From an uncultured Mycoplasmatales bacterium (GTDB taxonomy: Bacteria > Bacillota_I > Bacilli_A > Mycoplasmatales > Mycoplasmoidaceae): a stretch of DNA of 36,212 bases. The stretch is from NCBI GenBank assembly GCA_964538585.1, contig CAZIEX010000003.1, positions 1 through 36,212 on the forward strand, in the 5' to 3' direction. The notes below the pieces were generated by a model. That model worked only from the letters and a program-made list of their open reading frames with translations, made no database searches and was not told the origin of the DNA. The position numbers and the translations under genes are program-made. Positions 1 through 9,262 of this stretch are shown piece by piece (the stretch's first letter is position 1; every line of letters starts with the position of its first letter).

Positions 1-51
1 CTTGCCCCCCCCTAGTAATTTCCAGCAATTTTTTGTTGATAAATTTTTCAT
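1..51 (-). CDS. First 17 codons (MKNLSTKNCWKLLGGGK...) of an unidentified gene running off the left edge
   Basis: ATG at 51..49 with TATAAT (66..61) 9 nt upstream. The frame stays open to the window edge. Too short to identify. Confidence 0.35.
   Translation of the reverse strand, partial: MKNLSTKNCWKLLGGGK
5..12 (-). repeat. Homopolymeric G8 tract (C8 on + strand) in codons 14-16 of the truncated gene
   Basis: Read directly: cttg-cccccccc-tag. It stands out in a sequence that is otherwise about three quarters A+T by eye. Confidence 0.95.
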
Positions 52-60
52 AACATAAAT

Positions 61-66
61 ATTATA
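61..66 (-). promoter_or_regulatory. -10 box TATAAT, 9 nt upstream of the ATG at 51
   Basis: The + strand attata is the reverse complement of TATAAT. It fits the recurring TATAAT-N7-9-ATG pattern seen in this window. Confidence 0.4.
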
Positions 67-111
67 CACAAAACCATAGAAAGTAACATTAGTTTTATCA
101 GTCAATATACT

Positions 112-125
112 TATATATATATATA
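112..125. repeat. (TA)7 dinucleotide repeat in the divergent intergenic region
   Basis: tatatatatatata read directly. It ends 15 nt upstream of the extended -10 at 141..149. Confidence 0.95.
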
Positions 126-140
126 ATCTAATTAATTTTA

Positions 141-149
141 TGATATAAT
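141..149 (+). promoter_or_regulatory. Extended -10 (TGATATAAT) for the small zinc-ribbon gene
   Basis: TGnTATAAT match 20 nt upstream of the ATG at 170. Confidence 0.45.
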
Positions 150-169
150 CTTTCAGAAAGAAACCTATT

Positions 170-343
170 ATGTTAGTTAAATGCCCTCATTGTCACAATG
201 ATGTTAAACTCACTTATTCATCGACTCAACAAACTGTAATAATAGGTTTATTATTTTTAGGACTATTTTTTGGAATAGTTTATTTATGTTTTGCTAGAAA
301 ACGTACTTGTTCTTGTTGTGGATGTTATGTAAAAAAAGCATAA
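170..343 (+). CDS. 57-aa small membrane protein with split zinc-ribbon (LITAF-like architecture): MLVKCPHCHNDVKLTYSSTQQTVIIGLLFLGLFFGIVYLCFARKRTCSCCGCYVKKA
   Basis: ATG to TAA with no internal stop. It has a CPHC knuckle, a 20-residue hydrophobic helix and a CSCCGC knuckle. Absent from the ORF track because it is under 60 aa. Confidence 0.55.
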   Translation: MLVKCPHCHNDVKLTYSSTQQTVIIGLLFLGLFFGIVYLCFARKRTCSCCGCYVKKA

Positions 344-430
344 TCACTTGGTTTTTCAAGATGAAGAGTATGTAAGATGAAATTAATAAAGCAATAAAGT
401 GACTTTAACTTTGATAAAAAGACTAAAAGC

Positions 431-739
431 TTAAATTTTTTCAATAATTTTTATATTTGAATAACCGTCTTTTTTAAGATCATTAATTTCAGTTTTTAGT
501 TCATTATTTTCTTTTTTTAATTGTTCAATTGTAAGTTTTAAAGAATCTATTTCTTTAGTATAAGCATTTTTATTTGCTTCAAGATCTTTGTAGAATTTTT
601 TCACATTTTCAATGTATTCAATAACTTCATCAAAAAAGCTATCAACATCTACAGGATCATAACCAGCATGAATTTTTGAGTTGAATTTTTTGTTTAAAAT
701 AATGTTTATTTTGTCATCAAAATCAAAATTAATAGACAT
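431..739 (-). CDS. DivIVA/GpsB-domain coiled-coil protein (102 aa)
   Basis: N-terminal GYDPVDVDSFFDEV motif typical of the DivIVA N-domain, followed by a heptad-rich coiled coil. ATG start and TAA stop. Confidence 0.8.
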   Translation of the reverse strand: MSINFDFDDKINIILNKKFNSKIHAGYDPVDVDSFFDEVIEYIENVKKFYKDLEANKNAYTKEIDSLKLTIEQLKKENNELKTEINDLKKDGYSNIKIIEKI

Positions 740-768
740 AAATATAATGTTAATAATATTTTAATATT

Positions 769-1728
769 ATGGGAAGCAAATATAGTAAAAATGTTTATAG
801 TTCTTCAATTGATGATAAAACCAAAGAAAGATTAATAAAAAAGTTATCATTAGAGTGCGATTCCAAAGAAATTAATAGAGGTATTTTGTTTAAATACAAA
901 AATTCTTCTATCTCAATTTTTGAAACTAACAAAATATTAATTCAATCTAAAAATGTTGTTGGGATTGTTAAAGAACTAAATCTTCCATTTGTTAAATATG
1001 AAAAAGATAATTTTGCAGATTCTAATCAAAGCAATAAAAATAATGAGTTAGAAGAATACATTGGATGCGACGAAGTCGGTGTAGGTGATTATTTTGGAGG
1101 AATTGTCTGTGCTAGTGTTCAAGTTAATAAAGATAACAAACAAAAATTACAATCACTGCATATTGATGATTCTAAAAAACTTAGTGATGAAGAAATTAAT
1201 GTATTAGCACCAAAGATTATGAAACTTTGTAATTTTAATGTTGCTGCATTTACTCCTGCTCAATACAATGACTATTATAATTCTTATCCAAATGTTAATA
1301 CCATAAAAACTATTTGTCACAACACAAATATTGTCCAAATGCAAAAAGAAAATATTGAAAAAAACAAAGGACATATTACTGTTGTTATGGATCAATATTG
1401 TCCACCAGAAAAATACTTAAATCATTTAAAATCTTTACATCAAAAAATTTATCCCATTTTACAAAAGGTAGATATTTTTGAAACTAAAGCAGAATCCAAA
1501 TATATAGCAGTTGCAGCTGCTAGTATATTAGCTAGATATTTCTTTTTACTCCAAATAAAAGATTTAATTGAATTTATTAATAAAACAGCTGGTTTAAAAT
1601 TAAAGTATTTACCTCTTGGTGCTTCTAATGAATTCAAAATAAAAAAAGTTATTGATATGATTTTAGATAAAACAAAAGATAAAGCAATCTTACGTTATTT
1701 AATTAAATTAAACTTTAAAAAAATATAA
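769..1728 (+). CDS. rnhC: Ribonuclease HIII (319 aa)
   Basis: GCDEVGVGDYFGG active-site motif and C-terminal KAESKYIAVAAASILAR, with an N-terminal extension as in RNase HIII. Confidence 0.85.
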   Translation: MGSKYSKNVYSSSIDDKTKERLIKKLSLECDSKEINRGILFKYKNSSISIFETNKILIQSKNVVGIVKELNLPFVKYEKDNFADSNQSNKNNELEEYIGCDEVGVGDYFGGIVCASVQVNKDNKQKLQSLHIDDSKKLSDEEINVLAPKIMKLCNFNVAAFTPAQYNDYYNSYPNVNTIKTICHNTNIVQMQKENIEKNKGHITVVMDQYCPPEKYLNHLKSLHQKIYPILQKVDIFETKAESKYIAVAAASILARYFFLLQIKDLIEFINKTAGLKLKYLPLGASNEFKIKKVIDMILDKTKDKAILRYLIKLNFKKI

Positions 1729-1735
1729 TTTTTAT

Positions 1736-2452
1736 ATGGTTAATTCACTATATAAAAATAGAACATCTACCCGTTCTTATACTGAAGAAAAAATATCGCA
1801 AAATATCATTGATGATTTAAAGGAAGTTATAAATTTGTCTCCTACATCAATGAATTGTCAAGCATTTAGTGCTATTTTTGTTACTGATGATAAATTAAAA
1901 GAAAAACTAAAAGAATGTAACTTTAATAACAAGCATGTTGCTGCTGCTCCATTAGTTATTGTATTTTGTGCTGATTATAATAGAAATATTGAAGCTTTTA
2001 AGCAACACAGCAATGCAAATAAGTTGGATGGTTTTGACCAATTTATAGTTGCAGTGGTTGATGCAATTATTGCAGCAGGTAATGTTCATTATGCTGCTAC
2101 TGAAATGGGTTTAGGCACTTGCTTTTTAGGAGGGATTCGATTAAATGCTAAAAAAGTTAGTGAAATATTAAATCTTGATGGTAAATGTATGCCTATTCTA
2201 GGTTTAACAGTAGGATATCCTAAAAACAAAGTTCCATTTCGTCCTAAAATTAACAAATGTTATGACAATAACCAATATTCTTTAGAAACTATAAGAGAAG
2301 AATTAAAAAAATATGACTCTGTAATGAGCAAATATTACAAAGACATATTTAATTTGGACACAAATTTTACAAAAATTGTTTCTGAACAATTAGGTAAAGT
2401 TATTGATCCACAACAAATTGAAGTTATAAAAGAACTATTTTTAAATAAATAG
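1736..2452 (+). CDS. NAD(P)H nitroreductase family protein (NfsA/NfrA-like, 238 aa)
   Basis: RTSTRSYT N-terminal FMN-binding motif and a GLGTCFLGG segment. Confidence 0.8.
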   Translation: MVNSLYKNRTSTRSYTEEKISQNIIDDLKEVINLSPTSMNCQAFSAIFVTDDKLKEKLKECNFNNKHVAAAPLVIVFCADYNRNIEAFKQHSNANKLDGFDQFIVAVVDAIIAAGNVHYAATEMGLGTCFLGGIRLNAKKVSEILNLDGKCMPILGLTVGYPKNKVPFRPKINKCYDNNQYSLETIREELKKYDSVMSKYYKDIFNLDTNFTKIVSEQLGKVIDPQQIEVIKELFLNK

Positions 2453-2662
2453 TTATTTGTTACGTTTTTCAATACGTTTTTCTAATACTTTAAGATATTG
2501 AGCATATCTTTCTTTATTAGGTAAATAATACTCAGGCATATCTTGATTGTAATATTCACGTTTTTTTAATCAAGAATTTTGACGGTATTCATTTCATTCT
2601 TTTTCATCCATTTTTAGAATTTCTTCAGATGTAATACTTAGTTTATTTAGTGTTTTAGGCAT
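2453..2662 (-). CDS. Hypothetical 69-aa basic protein (MPKTLNKLSITSEEILKMDEKEWNEYRQNSWLKKREYYNQDMPEYYLPNKERYAQYLKVLEKRIEKRNK)
   Basis: Open only when the two in-frame TGA codons are read as Trp. ATG at 2662 has TATAAT 8 nt upstream. The TAA stop abuts the nitroreductase stop. Confidence 0.5.
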
Positions 2663-2670
2663 AATACTTA

Positions 2671-2676
2671 ATTATA
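2671..2676 (-). promoter_or_regulatory. -10 box TATAAT, 8 nt upstream of the ATG at 2662
   Basis: The + strand attata is the reverse complement of TATAAT. Confidence 0.4.
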
Positions 2677-2704
2677 TATTAAGATTTTTGCATATTTTAA
2701 TAGA

Positions 2705-2729
2705 TAATTACTATGTTTTTGAGTAATTA
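2705..2729. promoter_or_regulatory. Perfect 8-bp inverted repeat TAATTACT-N9-AGTAATTA upstream of rubrerythrin (candidate operator)
   Basis: Arms at 2705..2712 and 2722..2729 are exact reverse complements. The repeat ends 6 nt before the -10 box. Confidence 0.35.
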
Positions 2730-2735
2730 CATTTA

Positions 2736-2741
2736 TATAAT
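2736..2741 (+). promoter_or_regulatory. -10 box TATAAT, 8 nt upstream of the rubrerythrin ATG
   Basis: Exact hexamer, with spacing consistent with a leaderless transcript. Confidence 0.4.
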
Positions 2742-2749
2742 ATTTTTGT

Positions 2750-3292
2750 ATGAAAAAATTACAAGGTACAAAAACAGAACAAAATTTGCTAACTGCTTTT
2801 GCAGGTGAATCTCAAGCAACTAACAAATACACTTATTATGCTTCTGCAGCAAAAAAAGAAGGATATGTTGAAATTGCTAACATTTTTACTGAAACTGCTG
2901 GAAATGAACGTGAACATGCTAAAGTTTGATTTAAACTACTACACAATGGTAAAGTTCCTTCAACTTTAGAAAATTTAAAAGATGCAGCAAAAGGTGAAAA
3001 TTATGAACATACACAAATGTATGCTCAATTTGCTAAAGAGGCTAAAAAAGAAGGATTTAATGATATTGCTCGATTATTTGAATTAGTTGGCAAAGTTGAA
3101 AAGCGTCATGAAGAGAGATACTTAAAATTTGCTAAAAAAGTAAAAGATAAAAAAGTATTTAATTCTCCTAAAGCAAGACTATGAATTTGTTTAAATTGTG
3201 GAACTGTTATTTCTAGTAAGACTGCTCCTATTAAATGTCCTACTTGTAGTCATCCACAAAGCTACTTTGCTCCATATAGAGAAGAAGAATAA
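2750..3292 (+). CDS. rbr: Rubrerythrin (180 aa): diiron four-helix bundle plus C-terminal rubredoxin-like CxxC...CxxC
   Basis: Not in the ORF track because two in-frame TGA codons split it into sub-threshold pieces. Translation gives [51 protein letters not shown], then CLNCG...CPTC. Confidence 0.9.
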
Positions 3293-3364
3293 TTTTTTGT
3301 GAATTTAAGTAAAAAAACATAAAATAAAATTGTGGGTTACAAGCTCACCATTAGTAAAGTTATC

Positions 3365-3403
3365 AACAATAAAACCACATCATAGTAGTTTTATTGTTTT
3401 TTT
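3365..3403 (+). terminator. Rho-independent terminator downstream of rbr
   Basis: Perfect 11-bp stem (aacaataaaac / gttttattgtt), a 12-nt loop, then a T5 run. Confidence 0.7.
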
Positions 3404-3509
3404 ATATAACTAAAACAATTTTAGTTGCATTATAATTCTTGAAATTTAATATTGCGATTTTGATGATTACTAAACTTTTATTTACTAAAGTAATATAAAA
3501 TATCTACAT

Positions 3510-5069
3510 ATGTCTAATATTAAACAAAAATATTATGTAACAACTCCAATTTATTATGCTTCTGGTAAACCGCATATTGGGCATGCATATACTACAATTT
3601 TAGCTGATACATATGTAGGATATAAAAAATTGTTAGGTAATGATGTTTTATTTCTTACTGGAATGGATGAACATGGACAAAAAATAGCCGAAAAAGCAAA
3701 AGACCAAGGTATGGGTGTTCAAGAATTTGTTAATAATATTGCACAAGATTTCAAATCTCTATGATCAGAATTATTAATTGATTATGATTGTTTTATTCGC
3801 ACAACTGATGAGAAACACATAGGTGTTATTAAACAAGTTTTTGATAAATTATATGAGAATAAAGAAGTATATTTAGGACATTGAGAAGGATTATATTGTG
3901 TTCAATGTGAAGAAAATTATAAATTATCAGATTGTATTAAAAAAGATAGTGAATTATATTGTAAAGTTGGACATAAAATTCAACAAAAACATGAAGAAAC
4001 TTATTTCTTAAAACTTAGTGAAAAGCAAACATGATTAGAAAATTTATATAGAAAGAATGAAGATTTTATTATTCCTATTGAGCGTAAAAAGGAAATTTTT
4101 AATAATTTCATTATTCCTGGTATTGAAGATTTGTCAATAACTAGAACTGCAATTGAATGAGGAGTACCTACAAACGTTAATCCCAAACATGTTTTGTATG
4201 TTTGAATTGATGCATTAATGACTTATTTGAGTGGTATAGGATATTTGCAAGATAATGATAATTTATATAGAAATTTTTGAGCAAATAAAGAAGCGAAAAA
4301 GATTCATTTTATAGGAAAAGAGATCACACGTTTTCATGGCATTTATTGACCTATTCTACTTCATGATTTAAATCTAAATCTTCCTTCACAAATTGTTTCA
4401 CATGGTTGAATTATTACTAAAGAAGGCAAAATGTCTAAATCCCTAGGTAATGTTATAAATCCATTTGAATTAATCAATAAGTATGGTTCAGATTTTTTAA
4501 GATATTTTTTGATTAAAAATATAAAAATCAATAGTAATGGAGTTTATAGTGAAGATTTAGCTATAGAAACATATAATGCTGATTTAGCCAATAATTATGG
4601 TAATTTCATATCAAGATCTTTAGGAATGATCAACAAATATAACAATGGAATTGTACCTAAAATAGAGATTAAGAATTTAGAAAATGATGAATTACAAATC
4701 ATTATTCAAATAAAGAAATTAATTAATAGGATTAATAAACTAGTTGATAATTATGACTTTTCATTGCTAGTTGAAAACATTATTGATATTTGTAACCTAG
4801 GTAATCAATATATTGAGAATATAAAACCATGAAATTTATTTAAGAATAAACAATTTATCAAATTAAATAATTTTCTTAATATTGTTTTTAATTTGTCTTT
4901 GTTTTTAACTTGAATTTTATCACCTATATTAAAATCAGGAACTAATCAAGCTTTTGATCAGCTAGGAATTGAAAAACAAATATCTTTTACATCATCCTTC
5001 GATTTAAATAAGTTTGCTAATCATAAAGTAAATACATCAATACCAATTTATCAACGAATTAAGAAGTAA
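3510..5069 (+). CDS. metG: Methionine--tRNA ligase, short form without C-terminal tRNA-binding domain (519 aa)
   Basis: HIGH motif (KPHIGHAYT) and KMSKS motif (KMSKSLGN). The fragments at 3510.. and 4431.. are in the same frame and are joined through TGA codons. Confidence 0.95.
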
Positions 5070-5100
5070 TTATTTAATTAATTCTTAAAATATAAATAAT

Positions 5101-5952
5101 ATGCGTTTTTTAAGGGTATTTTTGCATTACTTAGGGTTTCCTTTTGTTTTATTATCATTTGGTATAAAATTTTTAAGAATTAAAGGAAAATACCAAAAAT
5201 ATAAGAACAATCCTAGCAGTTATCCATTAGAGGAAAGGTATTATGCCGTTTATAAATTAGCAAAAAAGGCCATATATTTAAAAAATTACAAAATATACAC
5301 TAGTGGTTTTGATAAAATCCCAACAACACCAGCTTTGTATATTGCTAATCATAAATCTTCAGCTGACCCATTAATGTTATTTGTGAAATTGTATGAAAAT
5401 AGAAAAATACCTTATTTTCAATTTATTGCTAAAATTCAAGCTAGTAAAGGAAGAATAGGTTATGCTCTTAAATTGATTGATACTATTTTTATTGACCGTG
5501 ATAATTTCCGTGAAACTTATGAAATGTATCAAAACAAAATTAACCCAATTAAAGATAAAAGATCAATTGTTTTGTTTATTGAAGGTACACGAGTATATGA
5601 ACAAAACAAGTTAGGAAATTTTCATTCAGGTTCTTTACAAATTGCATACAAAAATTTAATTCCTATTATTCCACTTGTTATTTATGGTTCAAGTGGATCA
5701 ATGCTTGATGATAAAGATAGATCTTTTTCTAACCGTCATAAACAAATTTTCATCAGTTGTTTAGAAAAAATATCACCTCATCAGTTTTCAACATCTAATA
5801 TAGTTAGTTTTTCTTCATCTTTAAGAGAGAAGTTTCAAAAAGAAATAACTCGTATTGATAATATTGTTCAAAAAGCACCAAAAAAATATATAGAAGATCC
5901 TACAGAAATATTTGATCATCTTGATCAACAAGATGAAGAAAAAAGGTATTAG
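5101..5952 (+). CDS. plsC: 1-acyl-sn-glycerol-3-phosphate acyltransferase (283 aa)
   Basis: HX4D motif (NHKSSAD), an FIEGTR motif and an N-terminal hydrophobic segment. Confidence 0.85.
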   Translation: MRFLRVFLHYLGFPFVLLSFGIKFLRIKGKYQKYKNNPSSYPLEERYYAVYKLAKKAIYLKNYKIYTSGFDKIPTTPALYIANHKSSADPLMLFVKLYENRKIPYFQFIAKIQASKGRIGYALKLIDTIFIDRDNFRETYEMYQNKINPIKDKRSIVLFIEGTRVYEQNKLGNFHSGSLQIAYKNLIPIIPLVIYGSSGSMLDDKDRSFSNRHKQIFISCLEKISPHQFSTSNIVSFSSSLREKFQKEITRIDNIVQKAPKKYIEDPTEIFDHLDQQDEEKRY

Positions 5953-5954
5953 TT

Positions 5955-6824
5955 ATGAAACAATATTTGCAATTACTTCAATACATACTTGATAATGGGC
6001 GTAAAAGACACAACCGTACAGGAATTGATACAATATCAACTTTTGGATATCAAGTATCTTATGATTTAGAAAATAATTTTCCATTATTAACAACAAAGAA
6101 AGTTTATTGGAAAGGAATAGTTACTGAACTATTATGATTTATTAAAGGTGATACAAATATTAAGTATCTAGTTGATAATAATTGCAATATCTGAAATGAT
6201 TGACCATTTGAAGTTTACAAAAATTCATCTGAATATAAAAATGAAACCATTCAAGAGTTCGCTATTAAAATTAGAGAAAATGTAGAATTTGCTAAAAAAT
6301 GGGGTAATTTAGGCCCAGTATATGGAAAGCAATGAAGAAATTTCAATGGATTTGATCAATTAAAATGATTAATTAATGAAATTAAAACTAATCCAAATTC
6401 GCGTCGACTTATTATAAGTGCATGAAATCCTAATGATATTCAAAAAATGGCTTTACCTCCTTGCCATTCTTTATTTCAATTTTATGTTGAAGATAATAAA
6501 TACTTATCTTGTCAATTGTATCAAAGGTCAGCTGATGCTTTTTTAGGTGTCCCATTTAACATTGCTTCTTATAGTTTACTAACTTATATTATTGCTGATA
6601 TTACCGGTTTAAAACCTAAAAAATTGGTTCACACATTTGGGGATTTACACATTTATGAAAATCATCTTGAGCAAGTGCATACTCAATTACAAAGACAACC
6701 TAAACAACCACCAAAATTAATTATTAAAAATCATCATCAAAATATTGAAGATTATGAAATATCTGATTTCAAAATTATTGATTATGACCCATATCCAGTA
6801 ATTAAAGGGAAAGTAGCGGTTTAA
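5955..6824 (+). CDS. thyA: Thymidylate synthase (289 aa)
   Basis: RTGIDT and ELL-W(TGA)-FIKGDTN motifs, active-site ALPPCH, and DAFLGVPFNIASY. The fragments share a frame. Confidence 0.95.
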
Positions 6825-6827
6825 TTT

Positions 6828-7289
6828 ATGATTTCAATGATTTGATGTGAAGATAAAAAACATGGTATAGGTATTAACAATGCATTACCATGAAAAATTA
6901 AAGATGAAATGGATCATTTTAGAGAAACAACAATAAATCAAATTGTTGTTTGTGGTGAAAAGACATATGCATCTTGAGGTGGTAGGCCACTAAAAAATAG
7001 AACTAATATTGTTTTAACATTAGATAAAAATTTTAAATCAGACGAATGCATAGTTTATTATGATATTAATCAACTAATCAATGATTATAAAGATAAACAC
7101 ATATTTATTATTGGTGGTAAATCAATCTATAATGCATTCTTCCCCTTTGCTGATGAATTAATAATTTCAACATTAAAACAAGAGTATGAATGCAATATGT
7201 TTATGGAATTTGATTTATCTGATTTTAACAAAACTAAGACAGTTGATCATGAATTATTTACTATAAACTATTATCAACGAAAAAAATAA
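6828..7289 (+). CDS. folA: Dihydrofolate reductase (153 aa)
   Basis: MISMIWCEDKKHGIGINNALPW...IIGGKSIY. Starts 3 nt after the thyA stop. Contains several TGA-Trp codons. Confidence 0.85.
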
Positions 7290-7293
7290 AACT

Positions 7294-7299
7294 TATAAT
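7294..7299 (+). promoter_or_regulatory. -10 box TATAAT, 9 nt upstream of the scpA ATG
   Basis: Exact hexamer in the 19-nt folA-scpA gap. Confidence 0.35.
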
Positions 7300-7308
7300 T
7301 AAGTATTC

Positions 7309-8073
7309 ATGTCTGATTCTTCTATATTTAACTTAAAGCTAAGAGATTTTCAGGGTCCATTAGATTTATTAGATTCTCTAATACGTGAAAGAAAAATGGA
7401 TATTTTAGATCTTGATGTTGCTGCAATTGCTGAGCAATATGCTAATTTTGTTAATAGTCAAATTGATACTATTTCTATTGATGAAGCAAGTGAATATTTA
7501 GAAATGAGCACTTATTTATTACAACTTAAGTCTAAAAAAGTAATCCCTTCTGAAAATATTGTTGGTAATGATTCTTCATTTGAGTATGAAAGAGATAAAT
7601 TAATTCAAAGGATTATTGAATATCGTAAATATAAAGAAGTAGCTCAAGCAATGTTGCAAAAAAGAGAGCTTCGTTTAGCTAAATTTTCTAAAACTTCTAG
7701 TGATTTTGAAGAATTTGAACCTGATACATTAATAATAGAATCACTACCTAACCAAATAGACCCAAAGAAATTATTTAATGCTTTAAATTTAGCTTTTGAA
7801 AGATATCGAATGCATCTTTACACTCAAAAAAAGATTATTGTTCAAGAATTATCAATTGCTGAAGTTGAAGAAGAATTATGAAATTTTTTAGTTGAAGATA
7901 ATATTAAAAAAACTACATTTAGTGAATATCTATCTAAAATTGATGTTTTAAAAATTACACAACAATACATTGTTAGTACATTTTTAGCACTTCTAGATTT
8001 AACAAAGTACCAAAAGATAAAACTTACACAAAATCTTGATAATAATGAATTATTAATTGAAAGGATTAAATAA
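7309..8073 (+). CDS. scpA: Segregation and condensation protein A (254 aa)
   Basis: N-terminal FQGPLDLLDSLIRERKMDILDLDVAAIAEQY, the typical ScpA kleisin N-domain. Read through one TGA. Confidence 0.9.
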
Positions 8074-8075
8074 AA

Positions 8076-8639
8076 ATGAGTTTAAGTAATAAAGCTTTAA
8101 TTGAAAGTGTTTTATATGTTGCTGGAGTTGAAGGTATTGATATTGCCGATATTAAACGTGTTGTAGAAATACCTACAAATGATATAAGAAAAATTATTAA
8201 AGAAATAAAAAAAGAATATGATGAAAGCCCAAATCATGGAATTACAATTGAACAATTCGGGGAAGTTTATAAATTTTTAACCAAACCTGAATGTCATGCT
8301 AATTTGAGCAAAATTTATGAAATAAAAAGTAAAAATCCATTATCTGCAGCAATGCTTGAAACATTAGCTATTATTGCATATAATTCACCTTGTTCTGGAT
8401 CCGAAATAGAGCAAATAAGAGGAAGAGATGCATCAAACATTTTATCTAAATTGCAAACTTTAAATTTAATTAAATGCATTGGTCGAGCAGACACCCCAGG
8501 TCGACCATATTTGTATGAAGTAACAAATAAGTTTTTTGATATTTTTGGTTTAAAATCTTTAAATGATCTTCCTAATCCAAAAGAAAAATTAGTAGAGGAA
8601 GACGAATTTTCAACAGATTTTTTTGATAATAGAAAATAA
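8076..8639 (+). CDS. scpB: Segregation and condensation protein B (187 aa)
   Basis: LIESVLYVAG...LSAAMLETLAIIAYNSP...RGRD...GRPYLY pattern. Lies immediately after scpA. Confidence 0.9.
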   Translation: MSLSNKALIESVLYVAGVEGIDIADIKRVVEIPTNDIRKIIKEIKKEYDESPNHGITIEQFGEVYKFLTKPECHANLSKIYEIKSKNPLSAAMLETLAIIAYNSPCSGSEIEQIRGRDASNILSKLQTLNLIKCIGRADTPGRPYLYEVTNKFFDIFGLKSLNDLPNPKEKLVEEDEFSTDFFDNRK

Positions 8640-8641
8640 AT

Positions 8642-9262
8642 ATGGGAAGACTACGTCGTATTAAAAACGACTATGAATTAGTTAAATTATCACCATATTA
8701 TTTTGAAAAACCTTTTTCCAATAATAAAGACTCATACCTTGAAATAGGAATGGGTAAAGGTGATTTTATAATATCATCTGCAATAAAAAATAAAGAAATA
8801 AATTATTATGGGATAGATAAATTTCCAACAGTAATTTGTAAAGCAATAAGAAAATTAGAATTATTTGAATCAAAATTAAACAATTTGCAATTTATAATTT
8901 GTGATGTATCTGACATATTCAATTATTTGAACCCAAAATTTATTAACAAAATTTTCCTAAATTTTTCTGATCCTTGACCTAAAAAAAGACATGAAAAGAG
9001 AAGGCTTACTTCAAATTATCATTTAGACATTTATAAAAAGTTATTGGTGGATGATGGTAATATTGAATTAAAAACTGATAATGTAAATTTTTTTAAATAT
9101 ACATTAGGAGTATTAACATCTAGAAGAGACATAAAAATATTAATTAAAACTAAAGATTTATATAAATCAAATATTATTAAAAATAATATTCAAACTGAAT
9201 ATGAAAGAAAATTTGTTCTTCAAGGAAAACAAATCTTTTATATTAGATTTAAATTTGTCTAG
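8642..9262 (+). CDS. trmB: tRNA (guanine46-N7)-methyltransferase (206 aa)
   Basis: LEIGMGKGDF SAM motif and FSDP-W(TGA)-PKKRHEKRR. Confidence 0.9.

Noticed and set aside
344-364. Hairpin tcacttg-gttttt-caagatga after the small zinc-ribbon gene as a terminator.
   Set aside because: The stem is only 7 bp with a bulge, and there is no U-run on the + strand. The T-run on the - strand lies inside the neighbouring coding sequence. Too weak to call.
3293-3509. Possible T-box riboswitch leader upstream of metG. This is the largest intergenic region. It contains a terminator hairpin and the string AAATTGTGGGTTACAAGC, which faintly resembles the T-box consensus.
   Set aside because: The similarity is weak. 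The hairpin lies about 105 nt before the ATG and only about 70 nt after the rbr stop, leaving too little sequence for stem I and a specifier loop. The simplest reading is the rbr terminator followed by a separate metG promoter.
2663-7307. An identical 14-nt string, TATAATTAAGTATT, directly before two start codons (reverse complement of 2663..2676, and 7294..7307), as a possible repeated element.
   Set aside because: It is short and almost pure A/T. It is most simply explained as two similar leaderless promoter/start regions, so chance or convergence cannot be excluded.
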